DNA from: Octopus bimaculoides
Taxonomy: Eukaryota
DNA length: 53,059 nucleotides
Assembly: GCF_001194135.2 (NCBI RefSeq)
Contig: NC_068995.1
Location: 9,747,442-9,800,500, forward strand
Reading direction: 5' to 3'
In this document: positions 1 through 12,963 of the stretch, piece after piece
Position numbering within the stretch: position 1 is the first letter of the stretch
Layout: every line of letters starts with the position of its first letter
Translations under genes and position numbers: made by a program
Notes under the pieces: model-generated
What the model was told of the DNA's origin: nothing
The model's input: only the letters and a program-made list of their open reading frames with translations
The model's database searches: none

Positions 1-295
1 GGGGACACTGCTGACCTCCCCTGTTCGAAGGTTATAAAGGACACAGGTTTCGTGTGTCACATAGCTAGCTAGAGGCGATGGCTTCTTGGAGCTAATTCAC
101 GGCAGCTTTCGTCCTAATTTTGGGACTGCCATGTTGGTTTGGCGATAACTATTAATTTCCAGTACCGCTGCCGTAGTCTCCTTTAGAGAGACTTAGAAAT
201 ATTAATAACTCTATTTCTGAAAACCAGTGGATAGATTCCACTGAAATTAGATAAATAACCTTCGAGCAGACAGTCACCTTCGAGCAGACAGTAGG

Positions 296-623
296 ACTGG
301 GTTCAGTCCTACTGTGTGGGACTTTGGGCAAGTGTCTTCTACTATAGCCTCGGGCCGTCCAAAGCCCTGTGAGTGGATTTGGTAGACGGAAACTGAAAGA
401 AGCCCATCGTATATATGTATATCTAGATATATATGTGTGTGTGTTTGTGTGTCTATGTTTGTCCCCCCAGCATCGCTTGACAACCGATGCTGGTGTGTTT
501 ACGTCCACGTAACTTAGCGGTTCGGCAAAAGAGAGACCGATAGAATAAGTACTAGGCTTACAAAGAATAAGTCCTGGGGTCGATTTGCTCGGCTAAAGGC
601 AGTGCTCCAGCATGGCCACAGTC
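296..623 (+). mobile_element. SINE family A (tRNA-like head, internal TA/TG tract, ...GGCGGTGCTCCAGCATGGCCGCAGTC tail), 5'-truncated
   Basis: Colinear with the copies at 8180, 24661, 28285 and 35891. Confidence 0.85.
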
Positions 624-735
624 NNNNNNNNNNNNNNNNNNNNNNNNNNNNNNNNNNNNNNNNNNNNNNNNNNNNNNNNNNNNNNNNNNNNNNNNNNNNN
701 ATATATATATATATATATATATATATACAAATATA

Positions 736-828
736 TACGACGGGGTGGTGAAAAGTTCCTGGCGTTGGGTAAAAGAAAATACAGGAGGATCAGTTAATTA
801 GGATTTTATTCAACATATTCCCCTCTCA
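736..828 (+). mobile_element. Mariner-like terminal fragment
   Basis: TACGACGGGGTGGTGAAAAGTTCCTGGC follows a (TA)n run and resembles mariner TIRs (TA|CGAGGG...AAAAGTT). Confidence 0.45.
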
Positions 829-868
829 AGAGGAGGACAAGTATCTGTCAAATGTAAATAATGTAAGA
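829..868 (+). mobile_element. Isolated 3' tail fragment of the same hammerhead-bearing element
   Basis: GAGGACAAGTATCTGTCAAATGTAAATAATGTAA matches the reverse complement of 30188-30225. Confidence 0.6.
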
Positions 869-1199
869 AGGAGTACGGTTGCACATTTATTTTTTAATCA
901 CTACAATTGTTTCCATGCAGTGTAGTTCTCCAGGCCTGCTGCTACTTGATTACACAACCATTTCTCTGCATTATCAGATCTAGTTGTGTTTCGTCAGACA
1001 ATATCTAAATATTGTCTCTGTAAATTCAAACTGTCAGCTTGGAGACCATCCTGTCTGTGTGTCTTGGCCTGAATTTAGTAGTAGTCACTGAGATTATCAG
1101 GGTGTGTTGTTGTTGAAGGGATGTTGTCATACATACATACATACATACATACATACATACATAAACATTGGTACTTTATTGTACTACTACTCTATACAT

Positions 1200-1246
<47 letters not shown>

Positions 1247-2034
1247 AAATAAAAGTGTTTGATGACTAATCTGAGATTGAATGGTAAAATGGATGTTTTT
1301 AAATGTTCAAAGGAAATAAAATTCTGATGTCAACAAGGTAAATGAGTCACATGGAAATGAGTGTGTAGCTGTTGAGAATCGAACCCTTATAGCTGCCTCA
1401 CCCACACCAGCTTATGATGCTTCCATTTGAATCCAGTTTCTGTGACTCATCTCTGTGGACAGCCAGGCTTAATTTAAAGGATGTCTACTTGTATNNNNNN
1501 NNNNNNNNNNNNNNNNNNNNNNNNNNNNNNNNNNNNNNNNNNNNNNNNNNNNNNNNNNNNNNNNNNNNNNNNNNNNNNNNNNNNNNNNNNNNNNATAGTA
1601 GAAGACACTTGCCCAAGGTGCCATGCACTGGGACTGAACCCAGACCCATGTAGTTGGGAAGAAAGTGTCTTACCACACATTATATCATATATTTTTCCAT
1701 AATATAAAAACGCACGCACGTCCATTCTTTAAACTTGTATTGAGTGCTTTCTTTAAGTTGGTGTTCGTTTCTTCAACTAAAGAAAAATTATCATGTGTGT
1801 GTATATATATGTGTGTATATATATATATGTATATGTAGATATATATATGCATATGTGTGTATCTATTTATGTATATTGTATGACAGGTTTCTTTCAGTTT
1901 GTCTCAACCATATTTGCTCACAAGGCTTTTGTCATAGGTGTGTGTATATGCATACATGTGTGCACATATATATATATATAATATATAACATGCACACACA
2001 CACACACATACATCTAAATTTATAACGACATACA

Positions 2035-2070
<36 letters not shown>

Positions 2071-3910
2071 AACAAACATGTGATCATGGATATGTTTTAT
2101 GTGCTTGATATATAATTTTTCATATTAGGGACCCACTTAGGCAACCATCACGAGGTCCCCCCACCTCTGTCATCCCATCCCACTCCCAACCCCTTGCAGG
2201 AATGTGGGAGAGGCTTTTGTGGACTTCTCTGTCGCCCCACTCTTTCGTCTCCTTCTGCCGCCACCTCCACCATATTTCTGTTTTGTTTTATTAGAAAACA
2301 CTTTGGTCGTGCCAGTCTTCCTTAGCATTTCTTGAAACTCTATATTCTTCCATTTGTCAAGAGACGATGTGTATTCCACAACTTGCCTCTAACATACATG
2401 TGCGTTCTCGTTTCTGCTCTGCTCTGTTCTGTGGCGTATTTCATATACGATATCTGATATCACATTCTGTTTGTTATTTATTAAAATCAAATCTATGCCA
2501 ATGGGGTGATATGTTGTCGCTGGAATATAAGTGGGAAGGCATGGAATCGAAAGATTTGCTTCTGAAGAATATTCAGTGCGGTTCCATTCCCTCTATATTG
2601 GGAAAATACTTCTAATATGGTTCTAAATCTGACTCGGGAAGGAAGTAGGGGGTGTAGGTAGTTTGGTGGGTGCGTTTGTCTGTGTTTGTGCTCCTGTGTG
2701 TGTATGTGTGTGTTTTTGCTGTGTTGCGTATAAGTGCGGATCTTAGCTAGATGTCTCTGCTTTACTTTCCTTCACCATTCTTTGTGTGGTTTAGTACCAG
2801 TTTTGTCTTCCTGAGTTCAAATCCGGCCACCTGTTGCCAATAAAAGAGAAACTTGTGTTCTACAGTTCCGTACTGGTGACAAGGAATCTAAGCAAATTTT
2901 TTTACAGCTAAATGACAAAAATACTGTCAAGACAAAACATTTAAGTATATTTCCTGAATTCAAATCCTACAGGTGGCAGCTGTATCCTTTTTCTATTTTG
3001 GGGTCGGGGGGGGGGNNNNNNNNNNNNNNNNNNNNNNNNNNNNNNNNNNNNNNNNNNNNNNNNNNNNNNNNNNNNNNNNNNNNNNNNNNNNNNNNNNNNN
3101 NNNNNNNNNNNNNNNNNNNNNNNNNNNNNNNNNNNNNNNNNNNNNNNNNNNNNNNNNNNNNNNNNNNNNNNNNNNNNNNNNNNNNNNNNNNNNNNNNNNN
3201 NNNNNNNNNNNNNNNNNNNNNNNNNNNNNNNNNNNNNNNNNNNNNNNNNNNNNNNNNNNNNNNNNNNNNNNNNNNNNNNNNNNNNNNNNNNNNNNNNNNN
3301 NNNNNNNNNNNNNNNNNNNNNNNNNNNNNNNNNNNNNNNNNNNNNNNNNNNNNNNNNNNNNNNNNNNNNNNNNNNNNNNNNNNNNNNNNNNNNNNNNNNN
3401 NNNNNNNNNNNNNNNNNNNNNNNNNNNNNNNNNNNNNNNNNNNNNNNNNNNNNNNNNNNNNNNNNNNNNNNNNNNNNNNNNNNNNNNNNNNNNNNNNNNN
3501 NNNNNNNNNNNNNNNNNNNNNNNNNNNNNNNNNNNNNNNNNNNNNNNNNNNNNNNNNNNNNNNNNNNNNNNNNNNNNNNNNNNNNNNNNNNNNNNNNNNN
3601 NNNNNNNNNNNNNNNNNNNNNNNNNNNNNNNNNNNNNNNNNNNNNNNNNNNNNNNNNNNNNNNNNNNNNNNNNNNNNNNNNNNNNNNNNNNNNNNNNNNN
3701 NNNNNNNNNNNNNNNNNNNNAATCATTTTGGTTTTTAATTTGTACAAGCTAATTTTCTTGCTCCTTTTTTGTCCCCTTCCAATCTTCACAGCTTTCCCAA
3801 CACACAAAGGGACCCATTACCTCCACCCTGAGAAACATTACTCTAGTCAACATTACTATTTATCCCTCCTGGGATTTATACAATAATTAGAGTGTTACCT
3901 AGATAACTAG

Positions 3911-4258
3911 AGTGAAAGCGCATGGCTCAGTGGTTAGAGTGTCAGGCAATGAGGTACTCATGAGGTAGTGAGTTAGATTCCTGGACTGGGCTGCGTGCTG
4001 TGTTCTTGAGCAAGACACTTTATTTCACGTTGCTCCAGTTCACTCAGCTGTAGAAATGAGTTGCAATATCACTGGTGCCAAGCCGTATTAGCCCCTTTGC
4101 CCTTTCCCTTAGATAACATTGATCGGCATGGAGAGGGGAGACTGGTATGCATGGGCAACTGCTGGTCTTCCATTTACAACCTTGCCCAGACTTGTGCCTC
4201 AGAAGGGAACTTCCTAGGTGCAATCCCTTGGTCATTCACGACTGAAAGGGGTCTTTAA
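3911..4258 (+). mobile_element. SINE family C (tRNA head plus CORE-like domain)
   Basis: A box TGGCTCAGTGG. The segment GTGTTCTTGAGCAAGACACTT...CAGCTGTAGAAATGAG resembles the CORE-SINE domain. Other copies lie at 33275 and 49955. Confidence 0.85.
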
Positions 4259-4642
4259 CCTTAGAGTGTTACTTACCACATAAATGGACTACATTTTTAC
4301 CATTGAGGGGTTAATATCAGGAAATGTTCCAGTGTATGATAGTTGTCATCATTATCATCATTTAACTTCTGTTTTTTCCATGCTGGCATGGGTTGTTCGT
4401 TTCAACTGGAGTGGATATCCTCAGGGCTGGCAATAGTTTTAATTTTTTTTTTTTTTCAAATTTTATGGTTCATTTCATTTATTGTCTGGTATGTACTATG
4501 GTAGCATAGCACAGACAGGACTAAATCTGGGGCAGAATTTTTATGGCTGGATGCTCTTCCTATCACCCACCCTTTTTCTCTATTCTGTATACTCAATTTC
4601 TTTTTTTTTTTTTTTTTAATATTTTTCTGGTTTTAATTCCAG

Positions 4643-4737
4643 AGGAATTTGAAAGCATAGAGCTAGTAGATGACGTGTTGACAGGAAATGTTGGGCCTGG
4701 GCCTAGACTAGCCGAAACCTATCAAAGTTATTCATAG
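4643..4737 (+). CDS. Possible terminal coding exon of an unidentified upstream gene (EFESIELVDDVLTGNVGPGPRLAETYQSYS*)
   Basis: Strong T-tract then TTCCAG acceptor at 4642. Non-repetitive open frame to TAG at 4735-4737, and AATAAA near 4972. No recognisable homology and no partner exon found. Confidence 0.25.
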
Positions 4738-5039
4738 TTTGAATTGCAGATGATGATGATGAGGTCATCGTTCATATCCTTAACTCCACATAATTGTTTG
4801 TTTTTCAACATTCCCACATTGTGTAGGTGACAGTACTCAGTGTTTCAGGAATCTGCAATGCTACAGCTGTACAGAACACTATTTAATACCAATGGCAGTG
4901 GCGGTGGGAGTTGTGTGTTGAAGTGGCGATATTCATTGTGATGGGAAACAGCTTGCACATAAGCTACATCTAATAAATGTTATGTCTAAATCAGTTTATA
5001 AAACTTTTATGCAGTGTTTATATAATCCTTTTGGCGGTT

Positions 5040-5293
5040 TTAACCTTCCCGAGGCTGACCCTTGGTTCCGTGATGTGCACTTCCTGTGTTAAAGGGTTCT
5101 AAATTAAAAAGCCCCCCCCCCCATCAAAATTTCATGTTGATTTATTTTCCAAATGCTGGATTAACGATTATTTAATCGCNNNNNNNNNNTTATTTAATCG
5201 CAGGGTTATTTTATGCCGAGTCCTTCGTTATTTTCGAAATTAATTGAAACACAAGCAGTGTATGTCAGTAGATAGACGGTAATGAGAGGGTTA

Positions 5294-5294
<1 letters not shown>
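5040..5294. mobile_element. TTAA-ended (piggyBac-like) MITE, family 1
   Basis: Ends TTAACC...GGGTTAA. The internal CCATCAAAATTTCATGTT / AAATTAATTGAAAC / GCAGTGTAT blocks are shared with 21418-21663. Confidence 0.6.
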
Positions 5295-5337
<43 letters not shown>

Positions 5338-5560
5338 TGTCAAAGATATATATGTATATATATAAAGAGGGGGAGAGAGAGTGTGTCAAAGGCATGGGGA
5401 GAGAGAGAGAGAGAGACAGACACAGAAACACAAATTTGTAAAATATACCACCTGTTTGAGTGTTTTTATGTGTGTTTGTGTTCATGCTTGCATGTGTGTG
5501 TGTGTGTAAGTGCGTGTCTGTGCTAGAGTATCTGTTTGTGTATATATATGTGTGTGTGTT

Positions 5561-5593
<33 letters not shown>

Positions 5594-6624
5594 ACAAATA
5601 ATATATGAGTATATGCATATATATGTACATACCTTCATTTATATGTATATATAGATGCATATCTGGGTACAGGACGTTGCAAAAAAAACATGGACAAAAT
5701 GATAAACAAGGTACAGAAAACACACAGGCCACATAGAGAACATTTCCTTCATCAGCTGCCACCATTATAACACTGGTGTTTCAAACAGTTAGGAGATATA
5801 TATATATATATATTACTGAATGCAGGTGTGTGTGTCACTTGACAGTCTTGAATGAAAAAAACTTTAAAATATGTGCTTTTGCATACATGCACACACACAT
5901 GTATATAGTTTAAGTCTGGACTGGAAGGAAGAAAGTTGTCTGTATGTGTGTATATATATAAACGTGTGTATGTATGTGTGTGTGTGTGTGTATACCTGTC
6001 TATGTGTATATCTGGTTTAAAGCTGTTTTGTCTAGCAGTCACTTAAGTACAGTTTAATTTAGGAAGGTCAACCAGGCTATTGATCTAACAACTATAAACA
6101 TTTAAAGTGTTTAACATTCATACAGGGGTTCAAGTGGCCAGTGAGCACCTTACTGTGAGTGAGTAGTGAAGCTCCCTGTGTGTCAAACTCCACTTGACCC
6201 TGTTGCTGCTCCACACTTAACTTCCATTTCTCCCACAATCCTGGTTTCAAGCATTTCGTGTTTCACAATGCAATGGTTAATTTATACTTTATAAGCTAGT
6301 TGGATGAGGAGGAAATTCAGGGAGGGGGCATGCCCTTTGAATTCCATTCAAACTGCTGACAACGAAGACAGTGGTGGTGGGCATGAGAAGTGGATTAGGT
6401 GGAAGTCTACTTTAAATGCTCGCATGAAATTGAACATCCAGTGACCAGGTTTGTTGCAGTTTCCGTCTACCAAATTCCCTCTCAGTGCTTTGTTTGGCCT
6501 GGGGATATAGTAGAAGACACTAACCCAAGGGGCTACACATTGAGACTGAATGTGAAGCAAACTTCTTAACCACAGTGCAAAGTCTGTATTTTCATACACA
6601 CACATATATGTATATATACACATA

Positions 6625-6791
6625 TATACGACAGGCTTCTTTCAGTTTCTGTCTACGAAATCCACTCAGAAGGCTTTGGTTGGCCCAAGGCTGCAGTTAA
6701 AGACACTTGCCTAAGGTGCCACGCAGTGGGACTGTACCTGGAACCATGTGGTTGGTAAGCAAACTACTTACCACACAGCCACTCCTATGCC
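6625..6791 (-). mobile_element. SINE family A, head half
   Basis: Reverse complement of GGAGTGGCTGTGTGGTAAG...GAAACTGAAAGAAGCC. Confidence 0.85.
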
Positions 6792-8179
6792 TATATATAT
6801 ATATATATNNNNNNNNNNNNNNNNNNNNNNNNNNNNNNNNNNNNNNNNNNNNNNNNNNNNNNNNNNNNNNNNNNNNNNNNNNNNNNNNNNNNNNNNNNNN
6901 NNNNNNNNNNNNNNNNNNNNNNNNNNNNNNNNNNNNNNNNNNNNNNNNNNNNNNNNNNNNNNNNNNNNNNNNNNNNNNNNNNNNNNNNNNNNNNNNNNNN
7001 NNNNNNNNNNNNNNNNNNNNNNNNNNNNNNNNNNNNNNNNNNNNNNNNNNNNNNNNNNNNNNNNNNNNNNNNNNNNNNNNNNNNNNNNNNNNNNNNNNNN
7101 NNNNNNNNNNNNNNNNNNNNNNNNNNNNNNNNNNNNNNNNNNNNNNNNNNNNNNNNNNNNNNNNNNNNNNNNNNNNNNNNNNNNNNNNNNNNNNNNNNNN
7201 NNNNNNNNNNNNNNNNNNNNNNNNNNNNNNNNNNNNNNNNNNNNNNNNNNNNNNNNNNNNNNNNNNNNNNNNNNNNNNNNNNNNNNNNNNNNNNNNNNNN
7301 NNNNNNNNNNNNNNNNNNNNNNNNNNNNNNNNNNNNNNNNNNNNNNNNNNNNNNNNNNNNNNNNNNNNNNNNNNNNNNNNNNNNNNNNNNNNNNNNNNNN
7401 NNNNNNNNNNNNNNNNNNNNNNNNNNNNNNNNNNNNNNNNNNNNNNNNNNNNNNNNNNNNNNNNNNNNNNNNNNNNNNNNNNNNNNNNNNNNNNNNNNNN
7501 NNNNNNNNNNNNNNNNNNNNNNNNNNNNNNNNNNNNNNNNNNNNNNNNNNNNNNNNNNNNNNNNNNNNNNNNNNNNNNNNNNNNNNNNNNNNNNNNNNNN
7601 NNNNNNNNNNNNNNNNNNNNNNNNNNNNNNNNNNNNNNNTCACCACTGTTCTGAAAATTAATTTTGCAACAACTATAAAATATTCCTTCTTGAACATTTT
7701 TCCGATATGTAAATGAGGTTCTTTTCTTGTTTTCTCTTTCTTACTTTGGTCATAAATTTAATTAAATTAAAATAATTTTTTATTTATTTGTTTATTTAAA
7801 AAAAAAGACTGTTTTTTTTTTCAATGTTTTTCTTCATTCATTTCTTTTAAAAATATTCCTGTGTGTGTGTGTGTGTATTATTGTAAAACCTTATTCTTCA
7901 GTCTCTTGGACACTTGTGGCCAATGAAAGAAATCATAACATTATTGTTATGGGAATGATGATGATGATGATGATATTTTTATATAAATTTGAAATAAATA
8001 AAGTCAGAGAATTTAAGAATATCACCAAAATTACCAAAATCTTGCTTAGAGGAATACATACACATTATGTTCGGCATAATATAAAGCTCTGCTCTAATAA
8101 GACCCCTGTTTTCTCTGGAGGCTGAAAGCTAACTGGAAATGTGTATCACCATGTACGGTGGCCAGTCACCAGGAAAACA

Positions 8180-8577
8180 TGTGTGGTAAGTAGCTTGCTT
8201 ACCAACCACATGGTTCTGGGTTCAGTCCTACTGCGTGGCACCTTGGGCAAGTGTCTTCTACTATAGCCTCAGGCCGACCAAAGCCTTGTGAGAGGATTTG
8301 GTAGACAGAAACTGAAAGAAGCCCGTCATATATATGTATATATATATGCGTGTCTATATGTTTGTGAGTCTGTGTTTGTCCCCCCAACATCGTTTGACAA
8401 CCGATGCTGGTGTGTTTAGGTCTCCGTAACTTAGCTGTTCGGCAAAAAGAGACCGATAGAATAAGTACTAGGCTTACAAAGAATAAGTCCTGGGGTCGAT
8501 TTTCTCGACTAAAGGCGGTGCTCCAGCATGGCCGCAGTCAAATGACTGAAACAAGTAAAAGAGTAAAAAGAGTAAAG
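8180..8577 (+). mobile_element. SINE family A, near full length
   Basis: Head GTGTGGTAAGTAGCTTGCTTACCAACCACATGGTTCTGGGTTCAGTCC; tail repeats of AAAAGAGT. Confidence 0.9.
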
Positions 8578-9411
8578 GGATATTAAAAAAAAAGTCACCC
8601 ACCATCTATGAAAAGGTTCGTTATGGCTGCATCACCTTTGATCATGGATCTGGTTGATCAGGATTGCCACAGGGCTCAATAGACAACAACTACAACAGCA
8701 ACAACCAAAGTAGATGAATTAAGCCACAGCTTCGTCCTGAGCTTTGAGTGAACTGCCAGAATCCCTTTGTGACCTTCTGAGAAATTTAGAAATACTGCAT
8801 CCTCATTTCCCTGTCTAATTTTTACTCTCTTAAACCCTACTTGTCCCTTTTTTTTTTCTATTGTCCCTATAGGTTTCTGTGTTCGGCCCTTGTGGCCAAT
8901 AAAGAAAGAATTATTATTATTATTATTAGTTGTGGCAGTAGTATTATTATAAGGTTAAAGAATGGGACAATCAGAAGAGCAACAGATACCCTCACCACCA
9001 CCACCACCACCACTATCATCATCATCATCATCATCATCATCACTTAATGTTTGTTTTCCTTCCTGCCATATTATTATTATTATTATTAACATTAGTTGAT
9101 GTAATCAACTAGTCTCCTGCTCCGAAATTGCTGGCCTTGTGCCAAAATTTGAAACTACCACCACCATCATCATCATCATCATCATCATTATTATTATTAG
9201 TGTTATTAGTAAATTCTCCTAGCGCTGTTGCTTCGTTGAAATCTAGGTCTTCTACTCTTCTGCCACATGATGGCTGGCTGGCTGGGCAGCCATTCTTGGA
9301 ATCATTAATGTTAAGCTTTGATAAAATCCCTTAAGTAAAATTAGCCGTTTGAAGATCGCTGTTGCAGGAAACTCAGATCAGACCACTGATGTTACTGTGT
9401 GGAACATTTCA

Positions 9412-9452
<41 letters not shown>

Positions 9453-10690
9453 TGTTGTCTGTGTGTCTGTGTGTGTNNNNNNNNNNNNNNNNNNNNNNNN
9501 NNNNNNNNNNNNNNNNNNNNNNNNNNNNNNNNNNNNNNNNNNNNNNNNNNNNNNNNNNNNNNNNNNNNNNNNNNNNNNNNNNNNNNNNNNNNNNNNNNNN
9601 NNNNNNNNNNNNNNNNNNNNNNNNNNNNNNNNNNNNNNNNNNNNNNNNNNNNNNNNNNNNNNNNNNNNNNNNNNNNNNNNNNNNNNNNNNNNNNNNNNNN
9701 NNNNNNNNNNNNNNNNNNNNNNNNNNNNNNNNNNNNNNNNNNNNNNNNNNNNNNNNNNNNNNNNNNNNNNNNNNNNNNNNNNNNNNNNNNNNNNNNNNNN
9801 NNNNNNNNNNNNNNNNNNNNNNNNNNNNNNNNNNNNNNNNNNNNNNNNNNNNNNNNNNNNNNNNNNNNNNNNNNNNNNNNNNNNNNNNNNNNNNNNNNNN
9901 NNNNNNNNNNNNNNNNNNNNNNNNNNNNNNNNNNNNNNNNNNNNNNNNNNNNNNNNNNNNNNNNNNNNNNNNNNNNNNNNNNNNNNNNNNNNNNNNNNNN
10001 NNNNNNNNNNNNNNNNNNNNNNNNNNNNNNNNNNNNNNNNNNNNNNNNNNNNNNNNNNNNNNNNNNNNNNNNNNNNNNNNNNNNNNNNNNNNNNNNNNNN
10101 NNNNNNNNNNNNNNNNNNNNNNNNNNNNNNNNNNNNNNNNNNNNNNNNNNNNNNNNNNNNNNNNNNNNNNNNNNNNNNNNNNNNNNNNNNNNNNNNNNNN
10201 NNNNNNNNNNNNNNNNNNNNNNNNNNNNNNNNNNNNNNNNNNNNNNNNNNNNNNNNNNNNNNNNNNNNNNNNNNNNNNNNNNNNNNNNNNNNNNNNNNNN
10301 NNNNNNNNNNNNNNNNNNNNNNNNNNNNNNNNNNNNNNNNNNNNNNNNNNNNNNNNNNNNNNNNNNNNNNNNNNNNNNNNNNNNNNNNNNNNNNNNNNNN
10401 NNNNNNNNNNNNNNNNNNNNNNNNNNNNNNNNNNNNNNNNNNNNNNNNNNNNNNNNNNNNNNNNNNNNNNNNAAATAGAGATAGAGAGAGTCGCGTTAGA
10501 AAAATAGTTAAAACTTACTGTATAAAGGTTAACGCGTGCGTTCTGTCGTGATACAAACGATATATGAGTATATGCATATATATGTACATGTATGTACATA
10601 CCTTCATCTACATGTACACATAGATACATAACTGGGTACATGACGTTGCAAAAGAACAAATAAAAGAATATATATATATATATATATTGT

Positions 10691-10863
10691 TTTATTTGTT
10701 TCAGTCATTTAACTGTGGCCATGCTGGAGCACTGCCTTTAGTTGAGAAAATCTACCCTGGGGACTTATTCTTTGGAAACCTAGTACTTATTCTGTCATTC
10801 TCTTTTGCTGAACCACTAGGACATAAACATACCAGCATCAGTTGTGAAGCGATGGTTGGGGGT
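10691..10863 (-). mobile_element. SINE family A, tail half
   Basis: Reverse complement of the family A tail. Confidence 0.75.
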
Positions 10864-11033
10864 GTATATATATATGTATATATATATGTATATATGTATA
10901 TATATATCATCATCATCATCATCATCATCATCGTTTAACGTCCGCTTTCCATGCTAGCATGGGTTGGACGATTTGACTGAGGACTGGTGAAACCGGATGG
11001 CAACACCAGGCTCCAGTCTGATTTGGCAGAGTA

Positions 11034-11064
<31 letters not shown>

Positions 11065-11930
11065 TACGTATGTATGTATATATGTATATGAATGAATTCA
11101 TTCGTATGTATGTGTATATGTGTATGTATGCATGTGTGTGTATATACGTATGTATGTATACATGTATATGTATGTAAGTGTGTATATTGTGTGTGCGTGC
11201 ACGTATTGAGGGCCATCGTTGGCGGTGGTGACGGGATATATGTTGATGGTGGTTTTGTTGTTGTTACTTAGTTCCAACTCAGCCCTCAACAGCGTATGCT
11301 ATGTGGTCATTTGGCTTCTATTTCTAGCAGGATATGTGACTACGTAGACTTTTTAATGATTGATTGTTATCTTTGATTATTTTTGAGTTTTTTTTTTTTT
11401 TTTTTTTCATTTGTAACATTATATTACATTCACAAATTGAAGAAATAGGAAGGAAAACCAGGAAAATAAATTAAAATAAAATAAGAATTTTACCAAAATT
11501 TGGCAAAAGGAAAATAGAATTTAAAAAGAAAAAAATTCCTCCCATGCTTTTCTTTCTTTGTATATGATTTTCATTTTTTTTTTTTGATTTTGGTTCCCCT
11601 CCCTCTCCTTAATTTCAAAAGTCAGATTCTTGTNNNNNNNNNNNNNNNNNNNNNNNNNNNNNNNNNNNNNNNNNNNNNNNNNNNNNNNNNNNNNNNNNNN
11701 NNNNNNNNNNNNNNNNNNNNNNNNNNNNNNNNNNNNNNNNNNNNNNNNNNNNNNNNNNNNNNNNNNNNNNNNNNNNNNNNNNNNNNNNNNNNNNNNNNNN
11801 NNNNNNNNNNNNNNNNNNNNNNNNNNNNNNNNNNNNNNNNNNNNNNNNNNNNNNNNNNNNNNNNNNNNNNTGAAGAAAACGAAATGAAAAGACTAAGAGA
11901 GAATTGTTGAGAATTTTGAAAATTTATTAA

Positions 11931-12435
11931 TCATCATCATCATCGTCGTCGTCGTCATTAAATGTCTGTTTTCCATGCTGGCATGGGTTGGATGGTTTGA
12001 CTGGGGACTGGCGAACCAGATGGCTACACCAGGCTCCAATCTGATCTGGTAATGTTTCTACAGCTGGATGTCCTTCCTAACGCCAACCACTCCGAGAGTG
12101 CAGTGGGTGCTTTTTACGTGCCACCGGCACAGAAGCCAGTCAGGTGACACTGGCATCAGCCACGTTCGGATGGTGCTTTTTACATGCCACCGGCACAGGA
12201 GCCAGTTGGGGCAAGAGGGTTGGCATCGACCATGTTTAGATGATGTTTTTTACGTGTCACCGGCACAGGGAGCCAGTCAGATGGCACTGGCAATGACCCA
12301 CACATGAATGAGCTTATTGTGTGCCACCATCACAGGAGCCAGTCAAGTGGCACTGGCATTGGCCACGTTTGGATAGTGCTTTTTACATGCCACCGGCACA
12401 GAAGCCAGTCAGGTGGCACTGGCATGGGCCACAAC
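11931..12435 (-). mobile_element. SINE/retroposon family D with (GAT)n tail and five internal ~65-bp tandem units
   Basis: The tail CCAACCCATGCCAGCATGGAAAACAGACATTTAATGACG reads on the minus strand. TTTTACRTGCCACCGGCACAGRAGCCAGTCAGGTGGCACTGGCAT is repeated on the plus strand. Confidence 0.8.
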
Positions 12436-12737
12436 TACTATTTCCATTTGATAGTAATTTGATTTTGATTTTTTACTTACTTATGTTAATGGCAGCAAAA
12501 ATGGCCAGATTAGTTATACTGTTGGTTCTACAAAGTATTATAGTGCTTAGAGTTGTGTCTCTATATTCTGAGTTCAATTTCTATCAAGTTCAGTTTTGCT
12601 TTTCATTGTTCTGAAGTTGATAAAATAAAGCTCGTTAAGTTTTGAGATCTATATAAAGGATCGTTTTCCCTCTCACCAAGTTTCTGGTCTTGTGTCTTTT
12701 TCAGAAATTATTATTATTATTACTTCATTTTTTAAAT

Positions 12738-12910
12738 TCTAGGCACAAGGCCCGAAATTTTTGGGGAGGAAATCGACCCCAGGACTTATTCTTTGTAAGC
12801 CAAGTACTTATTCTATCAGTCTCTTTTGCCGAACTGCTAAGTTACAGGGATGTAAACATACCACCATTGGTTGTCAAGCGATGTTGGGGGGACAAACACA
12901 GACACACAAG

Positions 12911-12963
<53 letters not shown>

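Noticed and set aside
2200-2325. Plus-strand acceptor followed by ECGRGFC (zinc-finger-like)
   Set aside because: No C2H2 spacing or histidines follow, the frame stops after about 41 codons, and there is no donor.
5169-5201. TATTTAATCGC duplicated around a 10-N gap
   Set aside because: Same assembly-overlap artefact.
10976-11000. CTGAGGA...GAAAC in a family D copy
   Set aside because: There is no room for stem II, and the GAAAC is absent from other family D copies; it is a chance match.
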